Below the pieces are notes generated by a model. The model saw nothing but the letters and a program-made list of their open reading frames with translations, made no database searches and had not been told where the DNA came from. Shown here piece by piece: positions 28,770 to 43,205 of a DNA stretch of 64,000 nt; positions within the stretch are counted from its first letter, which is position 1, and every line of letters begins with the position of its first letter. The position numbers were made by a program, and so were the translations under genes. This DNA is from the human T2T-CHM13v2.0 reference genome, Homo sapiens, in assembly GCF_009914755.1 (NCBI RefSeq), contig NC_060932.1, one strand, 5' to 3'.

Positions 28770-29665
28770 CAGCTTTCCTTTAACTGGGTTCAGTCAACTC
28801 TTGGGGTCTACAAACATAATCTTAAGAGTCTACAAGTTCTTTGTGAAATTTTAAATTCTATATTCTCATTTTGTTGATGAGTATTGTATTATAATATTGA
28901 GGACCTCTGAATGAGGACCTGGGGCCATGTGATTCTGGGACTGTGTTTATGTTGGTCGAAGGGATCACCCAAAGAGAACTTGTACTTTGGCTTGTCTGAC
29001 TGCGAGTAGGTTAACAGGACCTGATGTCACCATGATGGCTTCCAACCTGGTCCTCTTTGTACTCACACTAAATTCTTTGCCAGACTTACTTTCCATTGAT
29101 AATTTTCCATTAAGAGACACTTTCATAGGCTATGCTGTTTGTTTCTAAAGTTTTTAAATTAATAAACACTTCGATGTCATGAAAATGATGTCCTGTAACA
29201 GATGACTGAAAGAATCAGGTTTAATAGATAAATTACACATTTTGTAAAGTTAAGATTAAATATTATCAGGTGTGCTACATGTTTGAAAGTTTGCAGTAAT
29301 TTTAAAAGAGAAGAGTCATGGAGAAGTTAGTGATCGCATAACACACAGATGTGTAGCCATACCAAATCTGAAAGTAATCGGGGTATAGCCTTCAATGCTC
29401 TATTCATGTTGGGAATAGCAGCTTAGTTTCTGCCAAACAACATTATTTGTTATTTTAAATTAATGCATTTTATTATCTTTTGAGTTTCATTTCTATTTTC
29501 TATTCACTTAGTGAAAAGACTTTATAGCTGTTCGATACTTATAAGAAGTTATACCCAGTTTTATATTTGTACAAAACATAAAAATGTGTTAAGTCAACAT
29601 TATGGATCTGCCAAAAAAATTTTCCCATTAAAAGTCTGTCTATAACTTACCCCGGAGCAACACTA
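28770..29665. mobile_element. Decayed hAT-Charlie-like DNA transposon in a MIR
   Basis: 8-bp TSD atttggtc (28762-28769) / atctggtc (29666-29673); degenerate CAG..CTA termini; MIR sequence resumes after it. Confidence 0.6.
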
Positions 29666-29809
29666 ATCTGGTCCATTACTCTCATTTAAAGAAATGATCT
29701 TCTTCTGTTTTACGATTATGTCTCAGTGTTGGAACTCCATAGTCTTCCCAAAGAAAACTCAACCATCTTGTTTACATAAATATAGTTTATTCTATATTCT
29801 TAGTGTAAT

Positions 29810-30150
29810 TAGACTTTCGCTGTTCCTGCATTTGCTCTGTTCCCTACCCCGCCCCCACCAGTGTGCCCTACATCTACTACAGCAAACTTCTGCTTGTGTT
29901 TCCAGATCAGCTTGTCAAAAAAGACTGCCTCTTTTGTGAAACCATTCTTCTTTTCCTGGCATGGTGAGTGGCTCTCTTTTGTCTCCTACAGCTTTCAGTC
30001 TCTATATCTCACGCAGTGCTCTTCAAGGTCATTGAAAATATCTACTTACCCCTGAATGTCTCCATTTGAGCTTCTCAAAGGCATAGACCTAGCCTTACTC
30101 ACACCCTATTCTAATCCATGGCTCATTGTTGATACTTAATAAAAGTCTAT
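29810..30150 (+). mobile_element. L2 3' fragment
   Basis: Degenerate L2 terminus (gagcttctcaaaggcatagacc...cttaataaaag). Confidence 0.5.
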
Positions 30151-30639
30151 TAGATAAGTTTTAGACCTCTCTATACCAAAATAATACATCCTAATAAAAC
30201 CAGTCATCACACCATGCTTTCCCAGACCCAGCCTCCAATGGCATCCTTGCAAGACATCCAAGAGACATTTATTCAGCTGCTAGAATTATTTTTATTGAAC
30301 TAGAGCATGAGAGGAATAAAACAAAAACAGAGGGGAAATTCTCCAGCTAGACACTATAAAGATCTTTGGAATTTACATGCAGAAGTGGGCAGGCGGCTGT
30401 CTCTAGGGTTAGCTTTTGACCTTGCCATTTGTGTTTGAGGAAAAGAGGTTGGAAGTTAATTCTTGTTTGAATCTGGCCTTGCGATTGGCCACAAGTGGGA
30501 GGGATTCTCTCTGTAGGAAATGATGCCATCACATTGAGGAGTTGTTTTTTTGGGCTGGCAAATGGAAAATGTTCTTAATGAAAACACAGAATAATCAGTC
30601 CGAGCATGGAGGAGAAGCACTGGGAGGAGAAATGAGAAA

Positions 30640-30880
30640 GAATCCATATTAAATAGATGTGCCTACCAGCATACTGATGAGGAAAGGGATTTGGAGGTTA
30701 TTGTAGGGGGGGAAGAAATCTTCAAGTTATTATCCTGATGCTTTTATGTGGCTTAAAAAGTGAATATATGAAATGTGCCACAAGTGGAAGGAAAGTGCCA
30801 ATCACTGGTGTCTAAACTAGAGGTGTGGTCATAATTTTTAGAGTCATGATGGAGGCCAATATTCTAGGCTATCACCTAGC
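30640..30880 (+). mobile_element. L3/CR1 remnant
   Basis: gaggaaagggatttggaggttattgt (EKDLGV-like) and tgtggcttaaaaag. Confidence 0.4.
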
Positions 30881-30984
30881 TGAAGCCCTAAATGTATTTT
30901 TATTTGTCAGACTATTTGTCCAAATTTTTGTTTAGAAAATATTGTATCAATACAATCCTAAGCCTTGATAGGGTGTTCCAAGTA

Positions 30985-31175
30985 TGTCACTTATTTCTTC
31001 CTATAACACTTTGAGGTAGGTACTAATATTTCCCTCATTTTACTCAGGAAATGGAGTCACCAAGCAGTTAGGAAATATGCCCAAGGTCACATAACTAGTG
31101 GGTGGTGGAGTCTATTCTACCCACACAACCTAACTCCAGAGCCCAGGCTGTCCAGCCCTATCCTGTGCTGTCTCT
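30985..31175 (-). mobile_element. MIR
   Basis: gaggtaggtactaatattt...gcccaaggtcacataactagt. Confidence 0.8.
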
Positions 31176-31390
31176 ACAGTGGAAAGAACATGGGCTTTGG
31201 AACCAGACCAGTCTACATGCACATCTTGACCATTGACCCTTGACACAGGACACGTTATTTAATGTTTCTGAGCCTCTGTTTTGTCATCGACTGAATAGGA
31301 ATTACAGTATTTAACTCACGGGGTTTTTTGTGTGGATTAAGTGAATGAGTGCATACAACATTCCTGGGGCAGTACATAGAGTAGGTAAAT
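31176..31390 (+). mobile_element. MIR, head-to-head with the previous MIR
   Basis: cagtggaaagaacatgggctttggaaccagac...ctgagcctctgttt. Confidence 0.75.
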
Positions 31391-31628
31391 AATTTCCCCA
31401 CACCTAGATCATCCTTGCTTTAGGAATCCTCAAACCAGAGGCTTCAGGTTTTAGGAATGAGACATGATGTGTGAGGCATGAGCCTGGTTTCTGGGCAGGT
31501 GTCTGTGAGAATGTGTATCCCACGAGGCTGAGGTCCCAGTGATATCACGGAGGGGTGTGTGAATGCTCAGAGTCAGGGACTAATGTGATTGTTCCCCTGC
31601 CTCTGTATGTTCTCATTAAGAAGATATG

Positions 31629-31985
<357 letters not shown>

Positions 31986-32499
31986 TCAAATCTTTTATGC
32001 TTTCCGCAAATACCTCTATAGCATACACAAATTTAGCTTTCACAGCGTGAGTGATTCACTCATGTCCTGTCCCAAGCTCATAGTGTCAAGTAAGGTTGAA
32101 GTATTACCTTCTTGGGGAAGGTCACAGAGTAAGCAACCGCACATTGATGGTGGAAGGTGGATGCCTAGAACCCAGTGTTCTCCCAGCCCAAACTATCCAT
32201 ATGGGGCAATGAAACAGACACCAACTCATTGGGAGATTCTTGGAATCATTTCCTCTATTCTAGAAATTTCAGGGTCTACAGATGCAGAATTGTCTCAATC
32301 TACATTTAAGCCCAGAGTGAATGAACCATCAGGTGGCACCAAACCACAGCTCAGACCAGAAAAGATGTGGACTGCATAGCCAGACCCCTCCTGGAGTGCC
32401 TCCAGGTGACATGGGCAGAGTCTACCTGTCATTTCATTAACCTTGGGCTAATGAGAGACTCCATGGTACATGACTGAATTTTTTGGACACCACTTATGT

Positions 32500-33270
32500 T
32501 ATTATGGGTTTTTAAATATGTGCTGAATATCTATTTAGGGAAATACATGAAGGACTAGGGATTCCGAAACAAAATAATAAACACAGTCCCCACCTTCCAG
32601 GATCTCATGGTTGAACAGGGAGATAGTCAAATAAACTAGTAAAACATGGCGTGACCAGAGCTGCCAAGGAGGGAAGCAAGGAATGCTCTGGGGCTTCGAG
32701 GGAGACACAGGAGGGGACTTTGAACCACCTCCCAGAGGAGGAACAGAAGGATGGGAGGGCATTGCAGGAGGAGGGAGAAGCTCGTGTGCCAGCCTGGAGG
32801 CTCATGGTTTGCTCCAGGAAGTGAAGAGAAGGAGCATGAGACTGAGATATGAGCTCAAACAAGGAGAGGCTGGGTTACGAGGGCCCCAAATGCCACAATA
32901 AGAAGCTTAAGCTTTGTGCAGTACACAAGTAATTCTTAACCTTTTCTGGAACATAGAGTAGAGTAGAATTTGTGGTCCTTTTCTCTGGAAAAAATGTACA
33001 GTGATGCACACACATATATTTTTACATTTTACATTGAACTTCAGGAAGTGCTGTAGACCCTCTGGTACCCATTATGTATGTTTCCTAAATTTAAAATCCC
33101 CCACTAGCAGTAGGAGAGATCAGTGAAAGATTTTAAGTTGAGCAGGGCTATGTCTATGGGATCACAGGACCAATAACCACTGAAACAGGAACAAGGATGA
33201 CAGATTGGAAGAAGTGCAGCCTGTAGGCAAGGAAGATGGGGCCACAGTTAGAAGTCTGTTGCAAAGGTTT
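32500..33270 (-). mobile_element. L2 fragment hosting Charlie4z
   Basis: Antisense L2 3' features (acacagtccccaccttccaggatctcatggt). Confidence 0.6.
32926..33102 (+). mobile_element. Charlie4z-like hAT MITE
   Basis: ttcttaaccttt...ggaaaaaatgtaca...cacacat...ttcaggaag...tagaccctctg. Confidence 0.6.
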
Positions 33271-33659
33271 AGACCAAACCATGGTTTTGTTCAAACTCCT
33301 CCATCTCCAAAGCTTTCGTTAGGTGATGGAAAAGATGCAAAACCCACTTGTTGAACTTAGAGCATTTTCAGCCCTACCCCCATCCTTTCTGGCAAAGGTA
33401 TCCTGGTCCTTAACCGCAGCCAGAAGGGAAGGCAAGAGAAGGGCAGTAAGAGAAGCTATTATCTCCAGGTGGCACTGCCAACCCCTGGGGACAGATCGTT
33501 GATACCTTGGAAATTTATCTCTGAGAATGTTTCTGGAACACCTTGTCTGCCTCTAATAAACACAGTGGATCTCGCTTGGAAAAGAGGAAGTATTCCAGTC
33601 ATAGGGCTTCATAGAGCCCTCCTGGTTCTTCTGCATGTAGAAGCGGGGGCAGGGATGTG

Positions 33660-33870
33660 GAGAGGGAAGCGTGCATTAGTTTAGCAACCGAGTAGGGATT
33701 TAGGGATCTGAACTTAATCCCTGCTCTTCCTGTGAGACCCTGGGAAAGGGTCTCTGTGCTATTCTTCCTGCATCTATTAAATGGGAATAACAATAAAAAT
33801 GCTAACCTGCTCTGGAAGGAGTAACGAGGAGGGGATTATAAAGCACTCTGTAAATACCGTATGAAGGTGA
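33660..33870 (+). mobile_element. MIR
   Basis: tgtgagaccctgggaaa...catctattaaatgggaataacaat...aaagcactctgtaaa. Confidence 0.75.
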
Positions 33871-34149
33871 TGCAGCAGTGATGGATGGCGGCGTTCACTG
33901 AAAGAAACAGCAGAATTACAGCCATCCTCGACTCTCTGGCAGACTTTTGATTTCTCCCATCAGAAAAGACCCTCCCAGAAGCTCTGAGAAGAGGGCGCTC
34001 TGCATCTCTCTCTTGTCTGCTGCAGCTATGGATGTTGTGAAAGTCAGAGAGGGGAAAATGGGGAGAAACAGTGGGAAGGGATCAGAGGGTTGAGCCAGCC
34101 CCACCACCTCTGGAAATAGCTGCCTGTGCAAGCCAGGGCTGGCTACATT

Positions 34150-35170
34150 GTAGATATTTTTTAAATGTTTCAATTTAATTGAATTTCACTAAACCCAGAG
34201 AGCCATTAGCACTCGCTGTCCACCCATAAAGTGGGCAGGAGCTGCTCAGAATGGCTTAGGTTCCCCAAACTTACATTGTGGTTTACTGATACGCCCATCC
34301 ATCCAATTCCACGCCTGCTGCCTTTTCTTTAGGATCATTCTTACACCTGAATAATGTGGAAATGATGAGCCCTGTTGGAATGTAAACCAACCTGACGTTC
34401 TCTTCAGACTCCCACAGGCTTGCTCCACAGAGGGATGCCTTGTTGGGCTTGAGTTTTTTTCAAGAGACAGGTTTCTCACCATCTCTGTCAGTTGCTCTGG
34501 AATGTAAGAGGAGGGTGGTTACAGGTAACAGATTATTTTTAATTCTGCCTTGTTATTTGGAACTGGTTTTCCATATGTTGTTGTTGTTCAATTCCTTGCA
34601 TGAATTTTCTCAAATATTTGTAACATATGTCATATCTATATGCAGATTTTAAATTATGGATGCCTTCATCCAATCATTTTCAAAAGGGGAAAAAAATCCA
34701 AGTCTAATACTCTCAGGCAGGACCACAGTCTCCTGGGCATCAGATATCGTTCAGGTAGACACATCTGGTGAAATGCATCACATCAAATTAGTATCAAGGG
34801 TATTGAGACTCTGAGACTACAGGCAGACAATCCCCTTCTAATGTACTGCTTTTTAGATTGTTGGGGAAACTTGAATCCCAATTCTCCTGTGAAATGAGTG
34901 ATACTAACATGCCTGCTCAAATTCTCAAAGTGAAGATCAAAGCTGCGGTGTCCAAATTGGCTTTGCAAACAAAGCAGCCCTTGCTCCCCCGCTTGGGGAT
35001 ACTGTGCTAATTTTATCAACTCTCCCTGGCTCTTCTGCTATTAAATAGCAATAAATAAATGTTTTTTTTTCCTGGGTTTGCCAGTGGCTTATTTGTCTGA
35101 CAAACAAGCTCATTTCCTTTTAAGTGTAAGGTTTTAGTCCAACTAATAGAATTAATCTATTTTTAATGAA
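34150..35170. promoter_or_regulatory. Candidate non-repeat enhancer-like block
   Basis: No recognisable repeat; clustered homeodomain (ttaattg, ccattag, ccataaa), forkhead (gcaaaca, acaaaca) and GATA (ttatc) motifs; motif inference only. Confidence 0.25.
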
Positions 35171-35989
35171 AAGGAGACTGGCTTTTACTTAGAAATCTAC
35201 CTACCCATCTCCCTCTCTCTGCACCAGGCCCCACCCCCAGCATCTTCTCTGAACACATACATCCAGCCATGAATATTTCAATACATCTCGGGCATTCAGA
35301 TCAATATATGCAACTCTCAAGCCCTATTGATTTTCAGAGGTTTGACTCGCAAGGGTGATAAAATATTTCTCAACTTATGAAACCTGAGTTAAAGAGGTTT
35401 TGCTGACCCTTCAACTTTTATCAGTTATCTTTGTCTCTTTTTCTTTCCTCCTCCCATATTCCTTCTGCTCAGTCTCCCTCCCTCACCTGGTCTCCCCTCT
35501 CCAATGCCCAACCCCCCCCCACCCCCCCGCTTCCCATACAAAGCCCCGAGATGGAGATTTATGACTAAGCAATAAGTCCTGGAGAAGCAGGCACTATTTT
35601 CCCACTGGGTCCACCTCAGGTCAGAGGGAGAAGAGGCCAAGGGAAGAGAGCAGCCCTGAGCACAATCCAGCCCCCATCCATCTCACCTGGGGGACTCTGC
35701 CAGCTCTCCTCCTGTCTCTCTGATTCATTTATCAGCACAGCCGACTCCTCCTCCTGCACACCCCTGAAGATGTAATCCCAGAAGGCGACCCTAGCAACAT
35801 ACGAGGAATTCCCCACTGAGGCACAGGAGCTGAGCTGCTCCATATGGGTACGAAATAAGCTAATTATACAGTCAGCCATGTCCAATGCCAGGATGCATGT
35901 TGTTATAAGTTTATCCAGCCTAGTTATGAAGCAGTGAGCCCAAGGTTCTTGGAAAATTTTCCTGAAGGTTTGGTGGTTGATCTACTGTG

Positions 35990-36230
35990 ATATGCATTGG
36001 ATTAGGTGTTTGGAGATCCCAGTTCAGATTTCTCTAGCTAGCCCTGGGATGTTGGTCAAGTCGAGTCACTTTCCTTCTTGGGCCTTCATTTCCTCATTTG
36101 TAAAATATATTCATCCATGCATTTATTTAACACATCTTTGTTGAATTCGTCCTATTTCCCAGGATTAGGGGATAGATGGTGAACAACATGAATATGCGTG
36201 TCTGCTCGCATGAAGCTTATTATCTAGTGA
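35990..36230. mobile_element. MIR (+) abutting an L2 3' end (-)
   Basis: ccttcatttcctcatttgtaaaat followed by atttaacacatctttgttgaat. Confidence 0.6.
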
Positions 36231-36419
36231 GGATCAGCCAAGGATCTATGAATGTTTCTCCCTCTGCACTCCCACGTGGCATGCCCCTGGATACTGCAAT
36301 ACAAGCTGTATATAAGTATGTTATTACAATGTTTTTTATCTGATCCCTCGCTGGATTGCATGTTGCAAGTCAGGATGGATAGTGCTTAGAACTGTGGACA
36401 GATGCTTGTTCACTGGATA

Positions 36420-37130
36420 ATAGCCAATGAAGTTGGCCCTTTATATTTTGTGTCCTGCCCGGTGTTGAATAGGGCTGAGGATGCAATTGTGTATGCGGAG
36501 CCTCAGGGGAAACACATTCAATAGCCGTTGATCCTGCCCTAATAGTTTTTCATCCCAAGTCTTTGGTAAGGAAAAGCACATAAAAGGACTTATAATGAGC
36601 AAGTTATCAAGTTATCAATGTCAGTAAGTTGTAGCTGCCTCTACACTCGAAAGTTAGGAATGACCAGAATGACTTTATCACCAAACAGACAGAAACCTTG
36701 AAGCACCATCCTGTGTTGGGTGAAAGTGTGCTAGGATATGTGGGTGAGGAGACGGCTTATTTTGTATAAGGGCAGTGTGATGCCCCTGTTCTCCCTAGGG
36801 GTTTTGAGCAGCAGGGCACTGAAGAAGTGATCCATATCCCCATCACATTGTGAGCCCTGTGAGGGGGACAGAGGAACTTTTCTGTTTCATGATGACACCC
36901 ATGGAAAGAGAAAAAGGTTTCAAATATGATTCCAGAATTAGAGGCCTCAAGGCAGGTGCTCCGAGCTGATTTGCTGTGGAGCTGCTTCTTGCACAGGCAG
37001 CTCTACCGTGTGAGGCAGGGCTCTATTTATATGGCAGTGAAGGAGACTCGATGATTCTTCCACTGATGCTGGGTGTGGGTGGGATACCCTGAAAGGTACC
37101 AGTAGACGTTTCTCCGGTAGAGCAGGATTC
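36420..37130 (+). mobile_element. L3/CR1 3' region remnant
   Basis: Ordered degenerate similarity to the CR1 C-terminus (gaatgaccagaatg, ccttgaagcaccatcctgtg, ctaccgtgtgaggcag). Confidence 0.45.
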
Positions 37131-37239
37131 CTTTGACATCTGCTGCCTTTGCGCTGATGAGTTCTCTAATAGACAAGTATTAGTTGACTATCACATCATA
37201 CCACAGACACTGTTAAATATTGACTCTAATAGGTAATCT

Positions 37240-37420
37240 ACCATAGATTAGAATTTTATGGTTTACAATGCACTTTGATCATCACTCGTTCAAGCCCTCC
37301 TACTTTAATAGTGAAGAAGCTGCGGCCCAGAGTGGTGAAGTGACTTGCTTAAGGTCAAATGGTAAAACTGAAGTAGGACAGAGGTCTCCTGACTCCCAGT
37401 TTAGTGCTCTGTCTGTTGTT
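37240..37420 (-). mobile_element. MIR
   Basis: ggcccagagtggtgaagtgacttgcttaaggtc...tctcctgactcccagtttagtgctct. Confidence 0.8.
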
Positions 37421-37593
37421 CCAAATATCACACCATCTTTTCCAGGCAACCATGGCAGAATTTTAAAAAGGAATCATAATAATAATAAAAGATTTTGGCC
37501 CATTTGGACGCTTTTCTCTGAAAACAGGGAGCTCACGACATATGATACAAACTGAAAAGCTGAAAGTGATTTCTCACTCATTGGGGCATTATT

Positions 37594-38361
<768 letters not shown>

Positions 38362-38379
38362 CATTGGGGCATTATTGTT

Positions 38380-38750
38380 GAAACATTCACCCTCCTCTGC
38401 TTCCTGGCACCAGGGAAGGAGTGCTCTTCCCCACACCATCCATGAGTGTGGCAATGTAACATGCTTGGCCAATGAAATGGGAGCAGATGTTAAAGTACCA
38501 CTCCTGACCAGAGCTGTGCTCCTTCCCTTCACCATGAGAACAGGCTCCAGCTTCCTAGGGCCTAAAATGGAAAGACACAACACAGTGCTGGACCTAGCCT
38601 GGAGTAGTGCTGCTGAAGGGCTGATCTACAGACCCAAGGGCAAGGATATAGGTTTGCTATTGAGAGATTTTCAGTGGGTGGGCAGGTAGGGAGGGATGAG
38701 GGGAGGGTGCTTATTATACAGCATTATCACAGCAAAAGCAAAGATACTCA
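38380..38750 (+). mobile_element. MLT1I/J-like LTR
   Basis: tgcttggccaatgaaatgggagcagatg...cagcattatcacagc...gatactca. Confidence 0.65.
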
Positions 38751-39037
38751 AGGAGGCCTGACCTTAGCTATTTCTGTCTTACCCTCACTTTTCACACTGC
38801 AGTGCACAAGTTCAGATTGTCACTTTGTTTTCCAGATGAGAAGATTGCATCCCAGTCAGATTAAATGCTCTTTATAAGGTCATCTTAGGAAAACATAGAG
38901 GCATCCTGTTAGCTAGAATCCGTGTATGCTTCCTGACTTTCAGAATTTAGTTTCCTGTGTTATTTAAGCATGAGGCTGTCATTGTCTTTGAGGTTAGAGA
39001 AAGAACTAAGCAATTTAGTTTTGCCTGTGTCATCTCT

Positions 39038-39280
39038 GTCAATCAATCAGTCATCTGTTTTCTATGTCTGTACCTATTATCTCTATCTATCTCTATTATC
39101 TATGAATCTATCTCTATCATCTAATTTATATCTAATCTAAATCCATCATCTATCAATCTCTAACTTATCTATATCTATTTCTATCATCTATCTCTATCAT
39201 ATCTATCATATCTATCTACCTACCCACCTACCTACCTACCTACCCACCCACCCACCAATCCTCCGTCTGTCCATCCAACT
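39038..39280. repeat. Compound degenerate (TCTA)n/(CCTA)n/(CCCA)n repeat
   Basis: Seen directly. Confidence 0.93.
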
Positions 39281-39930
39281 ATGTATTTGTTTGAACTAGG
39301 AGGAGAGAGTCTGAAAGTCACATTGTGTTTACTGTTGTGAGGTTGACATTTTAGTTGATCATGTTGAGGTTGGTCTGTCTGCATCTGATTATCTCGTTTC
39401 CAGATCCAAGCAGTTGTTAATGAAACAGTTGCTGTTTTGTTGACAGAACATTAATTACTTGATCTTAGGACTCAGTAATTGCACAAGCCTCCTCTGTATA
39501 CATTACTAATTACATTAGCAATTATATGGCATTTTAAAGACAAAGAAATGACTGAAGCAATTGCAGTGTCACAGGTAACCTGCTGTTAGATTTCAGTCAC
39601 ATGCCTAATGTCCCCATGATGTGCAGAAACAAGTTCTAGTGGATCTTGTGACACGAACTTGAAGAAATGGCCTAAGATTTCCTACCTATGAACTCCCTGC
39701 TCAGTGGTAAGCCCATCGTCTAGGCAGAGACAATGTGGATAAAATCTCTTTAACTCTCTCAGCCTCATTTTATTTCTCTATTAAAAATAAAAGCAGAGAA
39801 AAGTTGGATAAGAAAATTTACTTATCAAACAAATATTTATTGAATGCAACTACCTCAGGTGCTAGGAATATGACTTCATGAAGTTTATCATCTTTTGAAG
39901 GATAAAGACATTAAGCAACAAATACTCAAA

Positions 39931-40285
39931 TGTCTGCAACAGTCAGGGAAATGCTTGTTAACTGCTGTAAAAACACAACCCCAGAAATATCTGGAGTTCA
40001 CTACAATGAAATTGTATTTCTTGCTCACACCCTAGGCAGCTCTTTCCAAATGGTGACTCAAGGGTCCATCCATGGTGTGGAATCTTTCTGTTATTCTGAG
40101 CTCCTTAGTTTCCAGCTGTGTGGACAGAAGAGCCAGTCAAGGATCTTGTGGGGGCTTTAGAGACTAGATCTAGAAGGGGCATACATAATTTTTCCTACAT
40201 TCCATGGCTAAAATTGGTCACAGGCTGCTTCTTTGCTGCATAAAAGGCTGGAAAATGTAGAGGAAAAGGAGAAATGAGCATTTAC
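39931..40285 (-). mobile_element. MLT1 (J-like) LTR
   Basis: agtcaggg...ctgctgtaaaaacacaacccc...tatttcttgctcac...aggctggaaaatgtag. Confidence 0.6.
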
Positions 40286-40379
40286 TCAGTGCTGGCTGTA
40301 CTGCATAATTATAAATGGTGACCCGTGCTGTAAGGGAAGTGTAGGTAGTACAGTGAGAGCATGCAATGGGACAACCCAC

Positions 40380-40814
40380 TAATTTTGCATCCAGCACTCG
40401 TTCCCCCTTCTGCTAAAACTGCCCATATTGCCTTAGGGAAATGACTCTCCTTCATTGTCTGTAGTTTTTGTGGGGCTGTCATTTAAGGTTCCTCTCCACC
40501 TCACCCCACTCTCATCAGACATGGGCATGTGGTATGATTAAGACCAATTAGATTCTCTCCTTGGACCGTAACCTTAACTGGAACCACACAAAGACACAAA
40601 AAAGTTGGATCTGATTCACTGCTATCAAAGTGCTACAGACAGACTGTCAATTCTTGTCATTTGGATCCCTGGATCTCAGTTCCTGTCCTCTTGAGCCTAT
40701 TTTTAGCTTTCCCTTTGAATCTCTCCATGACCTCAAATTGTTCCAATTAATTTCCTTTCTTCTTGGGTTAACCAGTTGGTTCTGTGCTTGCAGCCAAATA
40801 ACCCTAACTGATAC
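40380..40814 (+). mobile_element. LTR33/LTR16-like ERVL LTR
   Basis: ccaattagattctctcc...ggttctgtgcttgcagccaaataaccctaactgataca. Confidence 0.6.
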
Positions 40815-41434
40815 AGGGGTATAATTTAGGTTATGAGGTTTAGAGAAGGCCTCTGTGAAGAAGTGGTATTTTTGCTGATAAGTAGAGCATAAGTTGGAGT
40901 TAATCAGACAAAGAGTGGAGAAAATTATTTTTAGGGCAAAAGAAGCCACTTATGCAAAGGGCTTGAGGTAGAAAAAGCTTGTAGTGTTTGAGACATGAAA
41001 AGCCTGTCTAGCTGGAGTTTGTGCAGTGACAGAAAATGACATAGGATGAGGATGGAGAGGTGGGGCAGTAACAGATTTTCCATACTTTGGAATGATATGG
41101 ATTTTAGATTTTATTCTAAGTGCAATGCGAAGCCTTCGAAGATTTTGAGAGGGAAAGAGATATGATCCAATTTACACTTTAAAAAAGCAACTCAAGCTAG
41201 TCTGTGGGAGACAGGTATGATGGGGTGAGAATTGGAAAAGGAAGATAACTCAGCGGTCCATCAGCTTAGATGGGAGGATGACAGTGGCTTGTCTTGATGA
41301 CTGGCCAAGAAAATGGAGAAAGGACAGACTTGGGATATGTATTGGGATCGAATTGACACACCTTGATGATGAGTAATTTTGTGGAGGCAGGGAAAAGGAG
41401 GCTTCAAGGATAACTTTCAATTTCCATAGGTAAT

Positions 41435-41789
41435 TGATATGGTTTGGCTCTGTGTCCCCACCCAAATCTCATCTCGAATTGCAAACCCCACGTGTTGAGG
41501 GAGGGACCTGGTGGGAGGTGATTGGATCATGGGGGCGGTTTCCCCCATGCTGTTCTTGTGATAGTGAGGGAGTCCTTACGGTTGATAAGTGGCAGTTTCC
41601 CCTGCACGTGCTCTCTCTCCTGTCACCATGGGAAGATGTGCCTTGCTTCCCTTCACCTTCTCCCATGATTGTAAGTTTCCTGAGGCCTCCCCAGCCAAGC
41701 AGAACTGTGAGTCAATTAAACTTCTTTCCTTTATAAATTACTCAGTCTCAGGGAGTATCTTTATAGCAGTGTGAGAATGGACTAATGTG
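41435..41789 (+). mobile_element. THE1D solo LTR
   Basis: tgatatggtttggctctgtgtccccacccaaatctc...gaatggactaat; perfect 5-bp TSD gtaat. Confidence 0.92.
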
Positions 41790-41825
41790 GTAATATTTAC
41801 TGAAATTAAAAAACTATAGGGGATC

Positions 41826-42280
<455 letters not shown>

Positions 42281-43059
42281 TTAGATACTGTGTGTATAGA
42301 CATGGTGTTAGAGGCCATGGGAAGCAGTAAACAAAATATTTCTAAAGTCCTTTCAGCTCTGGTAACTTCTAAATCCATCAGCCTGGTGAATAAACACCAG
42401 AATTCCACATCTACCTGCACACCTAACCAGCTGGGGACTCTGTTGTATCCCACAAGCCCTGTGCCCATTAAGGGGCCAACCCATCCTGCCCTCCTCAGCT
42501 GGACTACATTAGAATGTCTCCCTCATTCCCTAAACTTGTTCAAAGCCTCATGCCCACTTAATTTCCCTGCATCTTTCTAATCGCTCACCTTACTTTCTGT
42601 ATGAAATAGCTCCACAAACTTGAAGCTGATTGCATTCCTCTCCAGCAGCCCCTGGCTCCCTGTCCCTGGCCCTCACTGGTTCAGGTTTATGGGTTATTTC
42701 TTCTTCCCTAGCTGAGCCAGCCTCATGGCCTCAGAGACGCTGCCCTGGTTTAGTTCCAACCTTCAAGAAACAGCACCAGGCCCCTGTATACCATCATGGT
42801 GCCCTGGCCACTGGCCTACTGCTTGCTAGAATGGAGGGGATGGGGTAAAGTGAGGAGACAGAGCAGCAGATGCTGGTCCCTGGGACCCCGGCCTGGTGAC
42901 CTGAAACTGGAGAAGCTCCCCAGACGGTGGGAGAGTGTGAGAGGTCCTCCTGACCTCTCCCCTCCCCATAGCCCTGGGTCAGCTTCCTCTGTTTACTGAA
43001 AGCACGTATGTGAGGAAAACAGGGCCTGGCTGGGGCGGTGCGTTGGATGTGGGAGAATT

Positions 43060-43205
43060 TGAACTTTATCAGTCCTGACATTTCTGCCTCGGTATGTGTG
43101 ATTGTTGTTACACATATGGATTGGATCAAATGAGATAATTTATGCAAAAGCACTTTGAAATTTTTAGAGAGCTATCCAAGATATTGCATGTTGTTATGAT
43201 TACCA
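43060..43205 (+). mobile_element. MIR 3' half
   Basis: ggatcaaatgagataatttatgcaaaagcactttg. Confidence 0.65.

Noticed and set aside
34492-34524. Possible 33-nt micro-exon (ctgtcag|...cag|gtaaca)
   Set aside because: Weak donor site and no partner exons; cannot be supported without transcript data.
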